DNA from: Legionellales bacterium
GTDB taxonomy: Bacteria > Pseudomonadota > Gammaproteobacteria > JAGOUN01
DNA: 64,000 nt
Direction of reading: 5' to 3'
NCBI GenBank assembly: GCA_027486005.1
Contig: JAIXPZ010000060.1
Coordinates: forward strand, 3,088-67,087
Positions 40,219-49,109 of the stretch are shown piece by piece. Position 1 is the stretch's first letter, and each line of letters begins with the position of its first letter. Below the pieces are notes generated by a model that was not told where the DNA came from, searched no databases, and was given only the letters and a program-made list of their open reading frames with translations. Both the position numbers and the translations under genes were made by a program.

Positions 40219-40340
40219 TTTTTAGGTTTTTTTAATCAATAAGTCGATTATGCTTAAAAAACTGTAAAGACTAAAGTCATACCATTCTAAGACTTCACCG
40301 ATTATACTCACGAGATAGACATTTTTTTGATATAATTTTT

Positions 40341-40943
40341 ATGGAACTTCTTAAACAGGCGCTAGATACTAATTGTATTACACTCACTGAGCAACAGATT
40401 GAAAAGCTCGCGGCTTATTTGGACCAACTTAATCGTTGGAACAAGACTTATAATTTGACAGCGATCACCGACCACAAAGAGCAAGTATATAAACATATTG
40501 TTGATAGTTTGAGCATACGTGACGCTATTAGGGGGCCAAAAGTGTGCGATGTCGGCACAGGGCCGGGTTTACCCGGAATTCCCTTGGCGATTGCTCTACC
40601 AGATATCCATTTTACTTTAGTCGACAGCAGCCAAAAACGAATCATTTTTATTCAACACACCTTGATGAAACTTGGCATTACGAATGTGACCGCATTGCAT
40701 GAGCGAATTGAAGAAAATACAGATACGTTTAATACCCTTATTTCTCGCGCCTTCAGCTCAATTCAAGATTTTGTCGAAAAAACTCGACATTTACTTGCTA
40801 ATAACGGTCAATTATTGGCCATGAAAGGCGCTTATCCAACAGAAGAATTAACCCAAATCCCACAAGACTTTATTGTCGAAGATGTGCGAAAATTGACGAT
40901 TAACGGACTAGGTGCAGAACGACATCTAGTGATTATTAAATAA
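40341..40943 (+). CDS. rsmG: 16S rRNA m7G527 methyltransferase RsmG (GidB)
   Basis: 200 aa with a SAM-binding motif (VCDVGTGPGLPGIPLAI) and a conserved RsmG C-terminus. Confidence 0.9.
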   Translation: MELLKQALDTNCITLTEQQIEKLAAYLDQLNRWNKTYNLTAITDHKEQVYKHIVDSLSIRDAIRGPKVCDVGTGPGLPGIPLAIALPDIHFTLVDSSQKRIIFIQHTLMKLGITNVTALHERIEENTDTFNTLISRAFSSIQDFVEKTRHLLANNGQLLAMKGAYPTEELTQIPQDFIVEDVRKLTINGLGAERHLVIIK

Positions 40944-40951
40944 GGTGCTTC

Positions 40952-41755
40952 GTGGGGAAAATAATTGCAATCGCTAACCAAAAAGGCGGAGTAGGAAAAA
41001 CCACTACAACCGTCAATCTTGCCGCAGCATTGGCGAAGATGGGACGCAAAGTATTATTGGTAGACCTTGATCCACAAGGCAATGCCTCTATGGCATGTCG
41101 CATGGACCGTGATAATTTATCGCTAACATGCAACGAAGTTTTACTTGGCGAAACGAATATTCGCTCGGCAATTGTTCTAACCCCCGAAAATTTTAATCTA
41201 CTTCCCTCTAATGCGGATTTAACAGAAGCTGAAATTCGTTTAGTTCAATTTGATCAACGCGAAATACAATTACGCCAACATCTTTCCATCGTTAAATCTG
41301 AATATGATTACGTTCTTATTGATTGCCCACCTTCGCTTAACATGTTAACAGCTAATGCATTAGTCGCCGCTGACTCGGTGCTCATCCCTATTCAGTGTGA
41401 ATATTATGCACTAGAAGGTCTTTCAAGTTTACTCGACACTATTGAACAATTAAAAAAAGCGGCGAATCCTTATTTGAAAATTGAGGGATTGTTGCGCACA
41501 ATGTTTGATAATCGTAGTCGATTAACTCAAGATATTTCCGCACAGTTACATGAACATTTTCCAAGTCTCGTTTATCGCACCGCCATTCCAAGAAATATTC
41601 GTCTTGCAGAAGCGCCTAGTCATGCGCAGTCGATTATTGCTTATGATATTGGATGCACAGGCGCTGCAGCTTATTTAGCATTAGCGGGAGAAGTGTTACG
41701 GCGCGATCAAGAATTAGTAGCACAAACTCCATTGCAGAATTTGATTAAAAGCTGA
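40952..41755 (+). CDS. parA: Chromosome-partitioning ATPase ParA/Soj
   Basis: The deviant Walker A KGGVGKTT is present. It is 267 aa and sits immediately downstream of rsmG, as in the gidAB-parAB arrangement. Confidence 0.85.
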   Translation: MGKIIAIANQKGGVGKTTTTVNLAAALAKMGRKVLLVDLDPQGNASMACRMDRDNLSLTCNEVLLGETNIRSAIVLTPENFNLLPSNADLTEAEIRLVQFDQREIQLRQHLSIVKSEYDYVLIDCPPSLNMLTANALVAADSVLIPIQCEYYALEGLSSLLDTIEQLKKAANPYLKIEGLLRTMFDNRSRLTQDISAQLHEHFPSLVYRTAIPRNIRLAEAPSHAQSIIAYDIGCTGAAAYLALAGEVLRRDQELVAQTPLQNLIKS

Positions 41756-42164
41756 CTTCTTGCAACCATGTTTCTAAAATAACTTTGGCTGCCATCGCAT
41801 CAACCGCTTCTTTTGCCAAAGAACGATAGCCGCCTTGCTCAAATAAAGATTGCCTCGCTTCAATCGTGCTTAAGCGTTCGTCAATCGTATGCACAATACA
41901 TTTTGTTTCTAAAGCAAGCTGTTCTGCAAACGCTTTTGCTTTTTCTGTAATCCATTGATTTGGCCCAGTTTCGTGTGTAGGAATCCCCACAATAATTGCG
42001 GCAGGCGTCCATTGTTCAATAAGTTTTTTTATTGCATGCCAATCAGGCTCTTGCGCTTGTTGCTTAAACGTCGTTAACGGACGCGCGGTTCGCGTGACAT
42101 CTTGCCCAACGGCAACACCGATATAGCGAGTGCCAAAATCAAATGCTAAATATTGTTGACTCAT
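41745..42164 (-). CDS. ruvX: Holliday-junction-resolvase-like pre-16S rRNA nuclease YqgF/RuvX
   Basis: Conserved N-terminus MSQQYLAFDFGTRYIGVAVG. The start was moved to the ATG at 42164, which overlaps the stop of the upstream ygfA by 4 nt. The ORF-track start at 42260 adds 32 non-conserved residues. Confidence 0.85.
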   Translation of the reverse strand: MSQQYLAFDFGTRYIGVAVGQDVTRTARPLTTFKQQAQEPDWHAIKKLIEQWTPAAIIVGIPTHETGPNQWITEKAKAFAEQLALETKCIVHTIDERLSTIEARQSLFEQGGYRSLAKEAVDAMAAKVILETWLQEVSF

Positions 42165-42748
42165 GGTTTCCCCGAAAACATTAATAATTCTTTTTCTGTC
42201 AACACGCCATCCAAAGGCACATCCCATGGATCGACTGGCAACTGTTGCGCACACTGACACGCATAAGCAACACCGATGAGCAAAGGCTTGTTGTGTTTAT
42301 CACGACAAAACTCAAAAACTCTATCATAAAATCCTTTACCCATTCCTAAGCGAGAACCTAAAAGGTCAAACGCAACTAAAGGCATAAGCACAATATCTAA
42401 ATCTTCAGGAAGAAGGTTGCTAGAAATATTTTCTGGCTCTTCAATGCCATATTGATTTTTTTTCATAGTGGTTGATGCATTATATTGGACAAAACTCAAC
42501 ATCTGAGTATTAATATCAATGACAGGGAGGAAAACATTATACTGTAATTGCCATAACGCGTTGATTAATGGTTGTAGATTTATTTCGCCATCAACAGCCA
42601 AATAAACTGCAATATTTTTTTGAGATTTATCTCTGCTTGCATTTAAAAAAATGTCTGCCAAAGAACAAGAAGCTAATAATTTTTTTTCGGCGGGAATGTG
42701 TCGTCTAAGAGTGCGATAATATTGCCGAATAGTGGCTTTGGTTTCCAA
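42161..42748 (-). CDS. ygfA: 5-formyltetrahydrofolate cyclo-ligase family protein
   Basis: 195 aa; motifs LLPLVAFDxxGxRLGMGKGFYDR match the MTHFS family. It probably uses a TTG start. Confidence 0.75.
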   Translation of the reverse strand: METKATIRQYYRTLRRHIPAEKKLLASCSLADIFLNASRDKSQKNIAVYLAVDGEINLQPLINALWQLQYNVFLPVIDINTQMLSFVQYNASTTMKKNQYGIEEPENISSNLLPEDLDIVLMPLVAFDLLGSRLGMGKGFYDRVFEFCRDKHNKPLLIGVAYACQCAQQLPVDPWDVPLDGVLTEKELLMFSGKP

Positions 42749-42799
42749 AGGGACTCATCTCTTTTGCTTTTAGAAAAGAATTTAGCGGATGTAAACACG

Positions 42800-42983
42800 C
42801 AAATATAAAAGACCCATTGTGCCAGATAAGGTTTTTTTAAGACCCTGTTTCCCCAGGTTGGATTCTAAGTTATCGCATCAGGCTTCTCATTCAAGATGAG
42901 CATGCACAACAGCGATCAATCCCAGATTCCGTCTTTATAAGTATCGGTCAAAAAACACATGATCTGCTTGTCACAACGGGTAC
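42800..42983 (-). ncRNA. ssrS: Candidate 6S RNA (ssrS)
   Basis: A ~290-nt non-coding gap lies immediately upstream of ygfA, the conserved 6S RNA locus in gammaproteobacteria. There is an extended -10 (tgcTATAAT at ~42990..42998). The predicted 5' end GUACCCGUUGUGACAAGCAGAU can pair with the 3' end AUCUGGCACAAUGGGUC (42811..42827) to form the closing stem of an ~185-nt rod-like RNA. Confidence 0.5.
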
Positions 42984-43039
42984 AGTTTGATTATAGCATA
43001 AAGTATTTTTTCTGCAGCTAATCCACAGTTATTTTTTTA

Positions 43040-43624
43040 TCAATGAAACGCCGCATTAATCCCTGCGCGAATAACAGGCTGAACCATCAACATTTCAATC
43101 ACTTGAATGACTACTAAGATTACCACAGGTGATAAATCCATACCGCCGAGCAAGGGAACAATTCTTCTAACAGGCTGCAAAATTGGTTGCGTCACTTGCA
43201 TAAGTAAACCATAAAGTGCGGGCTGTGCATTTGGCATCCAACTTAAGATAGCCATGATTATCATTAAATAAAACGCAGCATCTAAACACACCTCAACTAA
43301 ACTCGCCAAGGCCCAAACAAACAAACCTCCAATAGAAGGAATATGGCCGGCAATCAAACTAATCAAAAATAACTTTACTAAGATTAATAACAACAGCAAC
43401 ACAACGCTGGCAGTTTCAACACCACGTATATCAGGAATGTATTTTTTTAATTTACGCACCAAGGGCGTTGTCGCTTTTGCAATTCCGGCAACAAAAGGAT
43501 GATTATAGTCTGCATAAACAGCACGTAACCATAAACGCAATACGATAACAAAAGTATATAGCCCAAAAATAAATTGAACTAGAAACATTAGTGTTTGTTG
43601 CACAGCTGATCCCATATAATCCAT
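43040..43624 (-). CDS. yggT: YggT family (Ycf19) inner-membrane protein
   Basis: 194 aa with 4-5 TM segments. Its position next to proC and yggS matches the conserved yggS-proC-yggT synteny. Confidence 0.7.
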   Translation of the reverse strand: MDYMGSAVQQTLMFLVQFIFGLYTFVIVLRLWLRAVYADYNHPFVAGIAKATTPLVRKLKKYIPDIRGVETASVVLLLLLILVKLFLISLIAGHIPSIGGLFVWALASLVEVCLDAAFYLMIIMAILSWMPNAQPALYGLLMQVTQPILQPVRRIVPLLGGMDLSPVVILVVIQVIEMLMVQPVIRAGINAAFH

Positions 43625-43638
43625 TCCTTAACTTTAAT

Positions 43639-44472
43639 CTACTCTTCTTGTTCTAACGACGCCGTCAACGCTTGTGCGCGCAAAATAGTTGCTCGCATCG
43701 CTGCCTCCATAATACTCGGAAGCCCTTTTTCATCAAACACTTTAATCGCCTGCTCAGTCGTACCTTTTGGAGAGGTGACTTTTTTGCGCAAAGTTAACAC
43801 ATCATCGTCGCTTTCAAGCGCCAAACGGCTCGCTCCTAATGCTGTTTGCAGCGCCAATTCGCTCGCTTCTTTTTCTGGCAATCCCAACTTCACCGCCGCA
43901 GATTGCATTGCTTCAATAATATAAAAAAAGTAAGCCGGACCAGAGCCTGACAGTGCTGCCACCACATCGATTAACGATTCTTTTTCTACCCAAATTGTAA
44001 TACCAACAGCACGATGGAGAGATTCTGCAAATTCTTTTTGTGATTCTGTGACATGCACATTCGCATAAAGCCCACTTGCTCCGGCAGAAACAAGCGCAGG
44101 CGTATTCGGCATACTTCGCACCAACGCCACATCACCCCCCAACCAACGGGATAACATTGCCGTACTAATACCAATCGCCACGGAAATAACTAATGGTTTT
44201 TTTTCTTGCACAACCAACGCAATATCTTTTGCAACGCCCTGCATTTGCTGCGGCTTTACACCCAGCACAATAACTTCTGCATGCTGTGCGGCTTTGTGAT
44301 TGTCCTCGCTCACATGAATACCCAGAGAATCATGAAGCAACTTATTTTTTTCTGCGTTACGATTGGTTGCCCAAATTTTTTCTTTGGGATAGCCAGACTC
44401 TAAAAGCCCACGCACCAAACTTGTGGCTAAATTACCACAGCCAATAAAAGCAATGCTTACATGTTTTTTCAT
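43639..44472 (-). CDS. proC: Pyrroline-5-carboxylate reductase
   Basis: N-terminal Rossmann motif IAFIGCGNLATSL and a conserved C-terminal dimerisation region (SPKGTTEQAIKVFDE). Confidence 0.9.
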   Translation of the reverse strand: MKKHVSIAFIGCGNLATSLVRGLLESGYPKEKIWATNRNAEKNKLLHDSLGIHVSEDNHKAAQHAEVIVLGVKPQQMQGVAKDIALVVQEKKPLVISVAIGISTAMLSRWLGGDVALVRSMPNTPALVSAGASGLYANVHVTESQKEFAESLHRAVGITIWVEKESLIDVVAALSGSGPAYFFYIIEAMQSAAVKLGLPEKEASELALQTALGASRLALESDDDVLTLRKKVTSPKGTTEQAIKVFDEKGLPSIMEAAMRATILRAQALTASLEQEE

Positions 44473-45185
44473 TTTTTGCGCTCCCCAAAAATTGCCGTGC
44501 CAATTCGCACCATGGTTGAACCACAGGCAATTGCTAATGCCATGTCGCCGCTCATTCCCATCGACAATGTATCGACAGTTGCATACTGTTTTTTTAATAC
44601 ATCATAACAAGATCTTAACTGAGAAAACATCTGTTTTAAAAGCTTTTGATCTTGCGTGTCTAATCCAATAGCCATTAAGCCTCGCAAACATAAGCAGGGG
44701 CACTTCTCAACGATATGTTTTGCAAGAACCTCTAAGGGCGACCAACCGGTAGCGCCTACATTTTCTATTAACAGGACTCCATTTTTTTGGGGCTCACAAC
44801 CAATATTAACTTGCAAACAAATATTAATCTTACGATTTATTTTTTCACAAGCTTGATTTAATTTTTCAGCAACTTCTTTAGTTTCAATCGTTTGCACCCA
44901 ATCAAAATGTTGGGCCAAACTTCTTACTTTGTTTTTTTGAACTCTGCCAATATAGTACCACTCTAGATTAGAATATTTTGTTAATGCTTGAATTTTTTCA
45001 ATAGCTTCTTGCACATAATTTTCACCAAAGAAATATTGACCGACATGAATTGCCTCTTCAATTTCTGCAATTGATTTTGTTTTTGAGACCGCCAAAAGAC
45101 GAATGGAATTCAATAGACGTTTGCTTTCTTTCCCAGCTGAATCTATTTGATTTTTTATTTGAAACAAATTATCGGCAATACTCAC
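44469..45185 (-). CDS. yggS: YggS family PLP homeostasis protein (alanine-racemase-fold PLP-binding protein)
   Basis: 238 aa, with the PLP-lysine region LLAVSKTKSI and conserved HFIGxLQxNK and SMGMSxD motifs. Confidence 0.85.
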   Translation of the reverse strand: MSIADNLFQIKNQIDSAGKESKRLLNSIRLLAVSKTKSIAEIEEAIHVGQYFFGENYVQEAIEKIQALTKYSNLEWYYIGRVQKNKVRSLAQHFDWVQTIETKEVAEKLNQACEKINRKINICLQVNIGCEPQKNGVLLIENVGATGWSPLEVLAKHIVEKCPCLCLRGLMAIGLDTQDQKLLKQMFSQLRSCYDVLKKQYATVDTLSMGMSGDMALAIACGSTMVRIGTAIFGERKK

Positions 45186-45400
45186 GAAAAAAACGCCTTC
45201 AAACCTAAATTTAACGTCATCAATATAACAACAATAACAAATGCAACTTGAATAAATTTTTTTCCTCGGGTTAACACTAAACGCGCGCCAATAGATGCCC
45301 CCAGAATTTGTCCGAACGACATAGTCAATGCAACGCTATACATTACATTCCCTTGCAACACAAACCAAAACACCGAAACAAGGTTTCCAGCAATATTCAC
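45182..45400 (-). pseudogene. C-terminal remnant of a TauE/SafE (DUF81) family membrane transporter
   Basis: 72 aa that correspond only to the last two TM helices of ~250-aa TauE/SafE proteins (GASIGARLVL...). No N-terminal portion is present upstream. Confidence 0.35.
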
Positions 45401-45425
45401 CGGCTATACATTGAAACATCTGCAA

Positions 45426-46817
45426 CTAGAAAGGCAATTGCAAACTAGGATCTAACTCAAGCAAGTGATTGCGGAATTTGCATTTCACCATACTCAATGC
45501 AGCTTCGTCATCGGCTTCAAAACGCACTACAAGATAAGGTGTGGTATTGGAGCAGCGCACTAACCCCCATGCATTAGGATAATCAATCCGCAACCCATCA
45601 ATGGTATTAATCTTGGCAGTAGCGCCAAAATCAGCCTTCCTAATTAACTCATCAACAAAAGCAAACTTTCTATCGTCCGACATGCTAATTTTTAATTCTG
45701 GCGTACTGATACTGTTGGGGATTTCAGAGAAAATAGTTTCAACGTCTCGGCCATCATTCGCAATAATCTCTAACAAGCGCGCTGCGGTATAAATAGCATC
45801 ATCAAAACCATACCAACGATCATTAAAAAATACATGACCACTCATTTCTCCACCTAATGCGGCATTTTCTTCTTTGATTTTGGCTTTAACTAATGAATGA
45901 CCAGTTTTATACATGATCGGTATGCCGCCGTGTTGGCTGACCACTTCAGCTAAAAAACGTGTGGATTTCACGTCATAAATAATTTTTGCGCCTGGATTTG
46001 TTTTTAATACATTGATCGCAAATAAAATCAGTTGACGATCTGGCCAAATGACATCGCCGGCAGCCGTAACCACACCAAGACGATCTCCATCACCATCAAA
46101 CGCCAAGCCAATATCAGCTTTTTTACGTATAACTGTCTGGATTAAATCAGATAAATTTTCTTCTTGACTAGGATCAGGGTGATGATTAGGGAAATTGCCA
46201 TCAACTTCACAAAATAACTCATGCACTTCGCAGCCTAATTTTTGTATAAGGGCTGGAGCTATCACGCCAGCAACACCGTTACCGCAATCCACAACCACTT
46301 TTAATTTCTTTTTAAGTTTTACATCTGATAAAATTCTGGCCTCATAGCGCGGGAGCATTTCTTCATGAGTTAGCGTCCCTTTGCCCACCGCAAAATTTCC
46401 CTGCTCGATTCGCTCGTATAAACGTAAGATATCGTCACCATGAATGGCACGGCCCTTAATGACCATTTTGACGCCATTATGATTCACGGGATTATGGCTG
46501 CCGGTTAACATTGCGCCAGAGGTAGTATTCAATACATGTGTCGCGTAATAAAGAACAGGCGTTGGCACTCGTCCAATATTGATCACATTAATGCCAGTCG
46601 CTAACAAGCCCTCTATAAGCGCTTTAGAAAGCGCAGGGCCAGATAAGCGGCCATCGCGCGCCACAATAATACTTGTCTCACCCTGAGCTAAAGCTTCAGA
46701 GCCAATCGCTTGACCAATCGCATAAACAATCTCAGCGTTGAATGTTTCGCCAACAACCCCGCGAATATCATAAGCTCTGAAGATAGTCGCCGAAATGGCT
46801 TGCGTATTTTTTGACAC
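45426..46817 (-). CDS. algC: Phosphomannomutase/phosphoglucomutase (AlgC/ManB type)
   Basis: 463 aa with the active-site region TGSHNP, a Mg-binding motif DGDGDR and a sugar-binding motif GEMSGH. It is adjacent to dut, as in Pseudomonas. Confidence 0.9.
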   Translation of the reverse strand: MSKNTQAISATIFRAYDIRGVVGETFNAEIVYAIGQAIGSEALAQGETSIIVARDGRLSGPALSKALIEGLLATGINVINIGRVPTPVLYYATHVLNTTSGAMLTGSHNPVNHNGVKMVIKGRAIHGDDILRLYERIEQGNFAVGKGTLTHEEMLPRYEARILSDVKLKKKLKVVVDCGNGVAGVIAPALIQKLGCEVHELFCEVDGNFPNHHPDPSQEENLSDLIQTVIRKKADIGLAFDGDGDRLGVVTAAGDVIWPDRQLILFAINVLKTNPGAKIIYDVKSTRFLAEVVSQHGGIPIMYKTGHSLVKAKIKEENAALGGEMSGHVFFNDRWYGFDDAIYTAARLLEIIANDGRDVETIFSEIPNSISTPELKISMSDDRKFAFVDELIRKADFGATAKINTIDGLRIDYPNAWGLVRCSNTTPYLVVRFEADDEAALSMVKCKFRNHLLELDPSLQLPF

Positions 46818-46819
46818 TT

Positions 46820-47272
46820 TTACTGACCTCCTGTATGACCAAAACCACCTTCGCCCCGTTCCGTTCTATTAAAATCGGAAACCAAGTTAAACGAAGCCTT
46901 AAGTGTAGAGATAAAAACCAATTGAGCAATGCGCTCACCAGGAGCTATTGTATAGCTCTCTGCGCTACGATTCCAGCAAGAGATCTTAATTTCACCCTGA
47001 TAATCAGAGTCTATTAACCCAACAAGGTTTCCTAGCACAATACCATGCTTATGACCCAATCCAGATCGAGGCAAAATCATAGCTGCCATGTGTGGATCTC
47101 GCATATAAATCGCTATTCCTGTTGGAATCAGTACGGTTTCGCCTGCCGCAACCGTTAATGAAGTTTCTAAACAAGCACGTAAATCCATTCCAGCAGACCC
47201 AGTAGTCGCATACTCTGGTAATGGAATTTTATCGCCGACAAGTGGATTGATTATTTTTAACTCAACTTGCAT
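46820..47272 (-). CDS. dut: dUTP diphosphatase
   Basis: 150 aa with conserved dUTPase motifs ([33 protein letters not shown]). Confidence 0.95.
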   Translation of the reverse strand: MQVELKIINPLVGDKIPLPEYATTGSAGMDLRACLETSLTVAAGETVLIPTGIAIYMRDPHMAAMILPRSGLGHKHGIVLGNLVGLIDSDYQGEIKISCWNRSAESYTIAPGERIAQLVFISTLKASFNLVSDFNRTERGEGGFGHTGGQ

Positions 47273-47359
47273 TGCCGTTCCTTTTATAAATAATTTTTTA
47301 ATACCAAATTTAGATAGTAACAGTATAATCTTCGATCATCAAAAAAATCAGAGTGGATA

Positions 47360-47977
47360 ATGGGAACAAGCTTCCTTACCTTAGGCATAATAATGCTACT
47401 TGGTGCGATGTTGCCAGGCCCGGATTTTGCCATCGTCACCAAAAACGCGCTGCTACATTCTCGAAAAGCCGGTTTTTACACCGCTCTAGGCATAGGCGCA
47501 GCCACGTGGGTGCACATGACTTATTGCATACTCGGCCTGGCCGTTATCATTCAAAAATCGTACTGGGTTTTTCACACTATCCAATATGCTGGCGCCCTCT
47601 ATTTAACTTATTTAGGAATCATGTTACTTAAACCACATGCGACCGCAACCATTCAGGCAACGTCAGAATGCAACGCAAACCCTCTATCCAATAGTAAAGC
47701 TTTTCGGCAAGGATTTATCTGCAATTTACTAAATCCAAAAGCTACGTTATTTTTTCTAACTCTTTTTAGCGCCGTTGCTAGCACAAACACAACGTTTTTA
47801 ACCAATCTTGCCTATGCAGTTGAAATGTTTATTATTGCCATGCTGTGGTTTTGCTCATTAGTCTATTTAATTTCACATCAAAAAGTTGCCAGCTGGCTAA
47901 ACCGATCAAAAACAGTAGTAGAAAAAGTTCTGGGCATTATGCTCCTGGGATTGGCTGCGTTTGTCATTTTCTGTTAA
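47360..47977 (+). CDS. LysE/RhtB family amino-acid exporter
   Basis: 205 aa with 6 TM segments and the N-terminal LPGPDF motif typical of RhtB/LysE translocators. Confidence 0.8.
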   Translation: MGTSFLTLGIIMLLGAMLPGPDFAIVTKNALLHSRKAGFYTALGIGAATWVHMTYCILGLAVIIQKSYWVFHTIQYAGALYLTYLGIMLLKPHATATIQATSECNANPLSNSKAFRQGFICNLLNPKATLFFLTLFSAVASTNTTFLTNLAYAVEMFIIAMLWFCSLVYLISHQKVASWLNRSKTVVEKVLGIMLLGLAAFVIFC

Positions 47978-48062
47978 AATAGCCACAGAAAAGTAAAACG
48001 CAACCACCAGAACCTAATTGGTGCGTGATCTTCTCCATATACATGCGCCACCAGCTCACACA

Positions 48063-48890
48063 CTAGGGGGTACTATAAACCCAGCTAGAGCTAGAGGAGA
48101 AATTGGCGTAAGAAGATGTCTGATTAACTCCGTTTTGGTAAAAAGCAGAAAAGCTGGGCCTCTGCGGAGAGGCTGGCGGGGAAGCATTAACTGCCGTTTG
48201 GTTGTTGGAGGTTGCCTGACCAAAATCTTCTATGCGTCCTGTGCTAGGATAAACGAATGTTTCTCCCACTGGATTGCACGAATGAGCAATAACTGTTTCT
48301 CCATCGAGAATCCCGGCATGAGTGTAAGCGCCTTCATAAAAAGCTTGAATTTGTTCAAGCGTATACCCCAAGATATCGATTAAGTAGGGGTATACCCTTT
48401 CGGCTAAACTTTCAGGCGGTACACAGTAATGGCCAGTGCGATTGCTGACGTAGAGAATATTACCCTGTTTATCTGCTCCAAATTCTCCTGCAGCAAATAC
48501 AGCGGCGTAGTCAACCATTGCGCCATGAGAATATTCTTCTCCAATGCAGTTGGCACCACAAGCCAGCTCCCCTGATTCTTTAATAATGAATCGAAATAAT
48601 TTAACATGAACACCATTTGGAAGCTTTTTGTAATTGCGAGGATCACTCGTTTCATCTTGCCAAAATAAGTCTTGTGCGCATTTTTTTGGAATACTCTCTA
48701 TTGTATAAAATTTAACATTAAAGCGCTTAGGGCAGATCCTCTTCTCTGCAATTTTCTGCGCATGCTGCGGTAATGGATTAAAAGAATAAAGAGGCTTGCT
48801 TTGAAGGGTGGATAGCACTTCTCTGCGTATCTTTTTAATTGGATTCTCTAAGCCGCGATCTGGCGTTTGATGCCTGGGTGGGGTGAACAT
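48063..48890 (-). CDS. Hypothetical protein with a low-complexity S/N/Q-rich C-terminal tail
   Basis: 275 aa; no recognisable domain. There are candidate Cys (LACGANC) and His (NRTGHYC) positions. The overlapping plus-strand ORF at 48018..48383 is Arg-rich and probably spurious. Confidence 0.4.
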   Translation of the reverse strand: MFTPPRHQTPDRGLENPIKKIRREVLSTLQSKPLYSFNPLPQHAQKIAEKRICPKRFNVKFYTIESIPKKCAQDLFWQDETSDPRNYKKLPNGVHVKLFRFIIKESGELACGANCIGEEYSHGAMVDYAAVFAAGEFGADKQGNILYVSNRTGHYCVPPESLAERVYPYLIDILGYTLEQIQAFYEGAYTHAGILDGETVIAHSCNPVGETFVYPSTGRIEDFGQATSNNQTAVNASPPASPQRPSFSAFYQNGVNQTSSYANFSSSSSWVYSTP

Positions 48891-49109
48891 ATTTTTTGCC
48901 TCACTTATTGTTATTTTTTAAACAATAAATGTATAGTATGTGAACCTTAAGAGAATGTTATGACTCAAAAAAAACGCAGACTCCAATGTTCAGCGAGTCC
49001 ATATAAGACCCTAATTTCTCTCCAAAAATAATTATTCTCCCTGGAATCACAGGTGTTGAAAGTCAATTTTTTTCAAATAGCATCGATATTAGAGCTTGTA
49101 AAAAAATAG

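Noticed and set aside
40145-40219. ORF-track N-terminal extension of the Fic-like protein (MAVSIENLAVSGVKWPYLYWKLAVS)
   Set aside because: It is encoded by the four DNA-level direct repeats (spacing 21/20/21 nt, not consistently in frame), so it is more plausibly regulatory DNA than peptide sequence.
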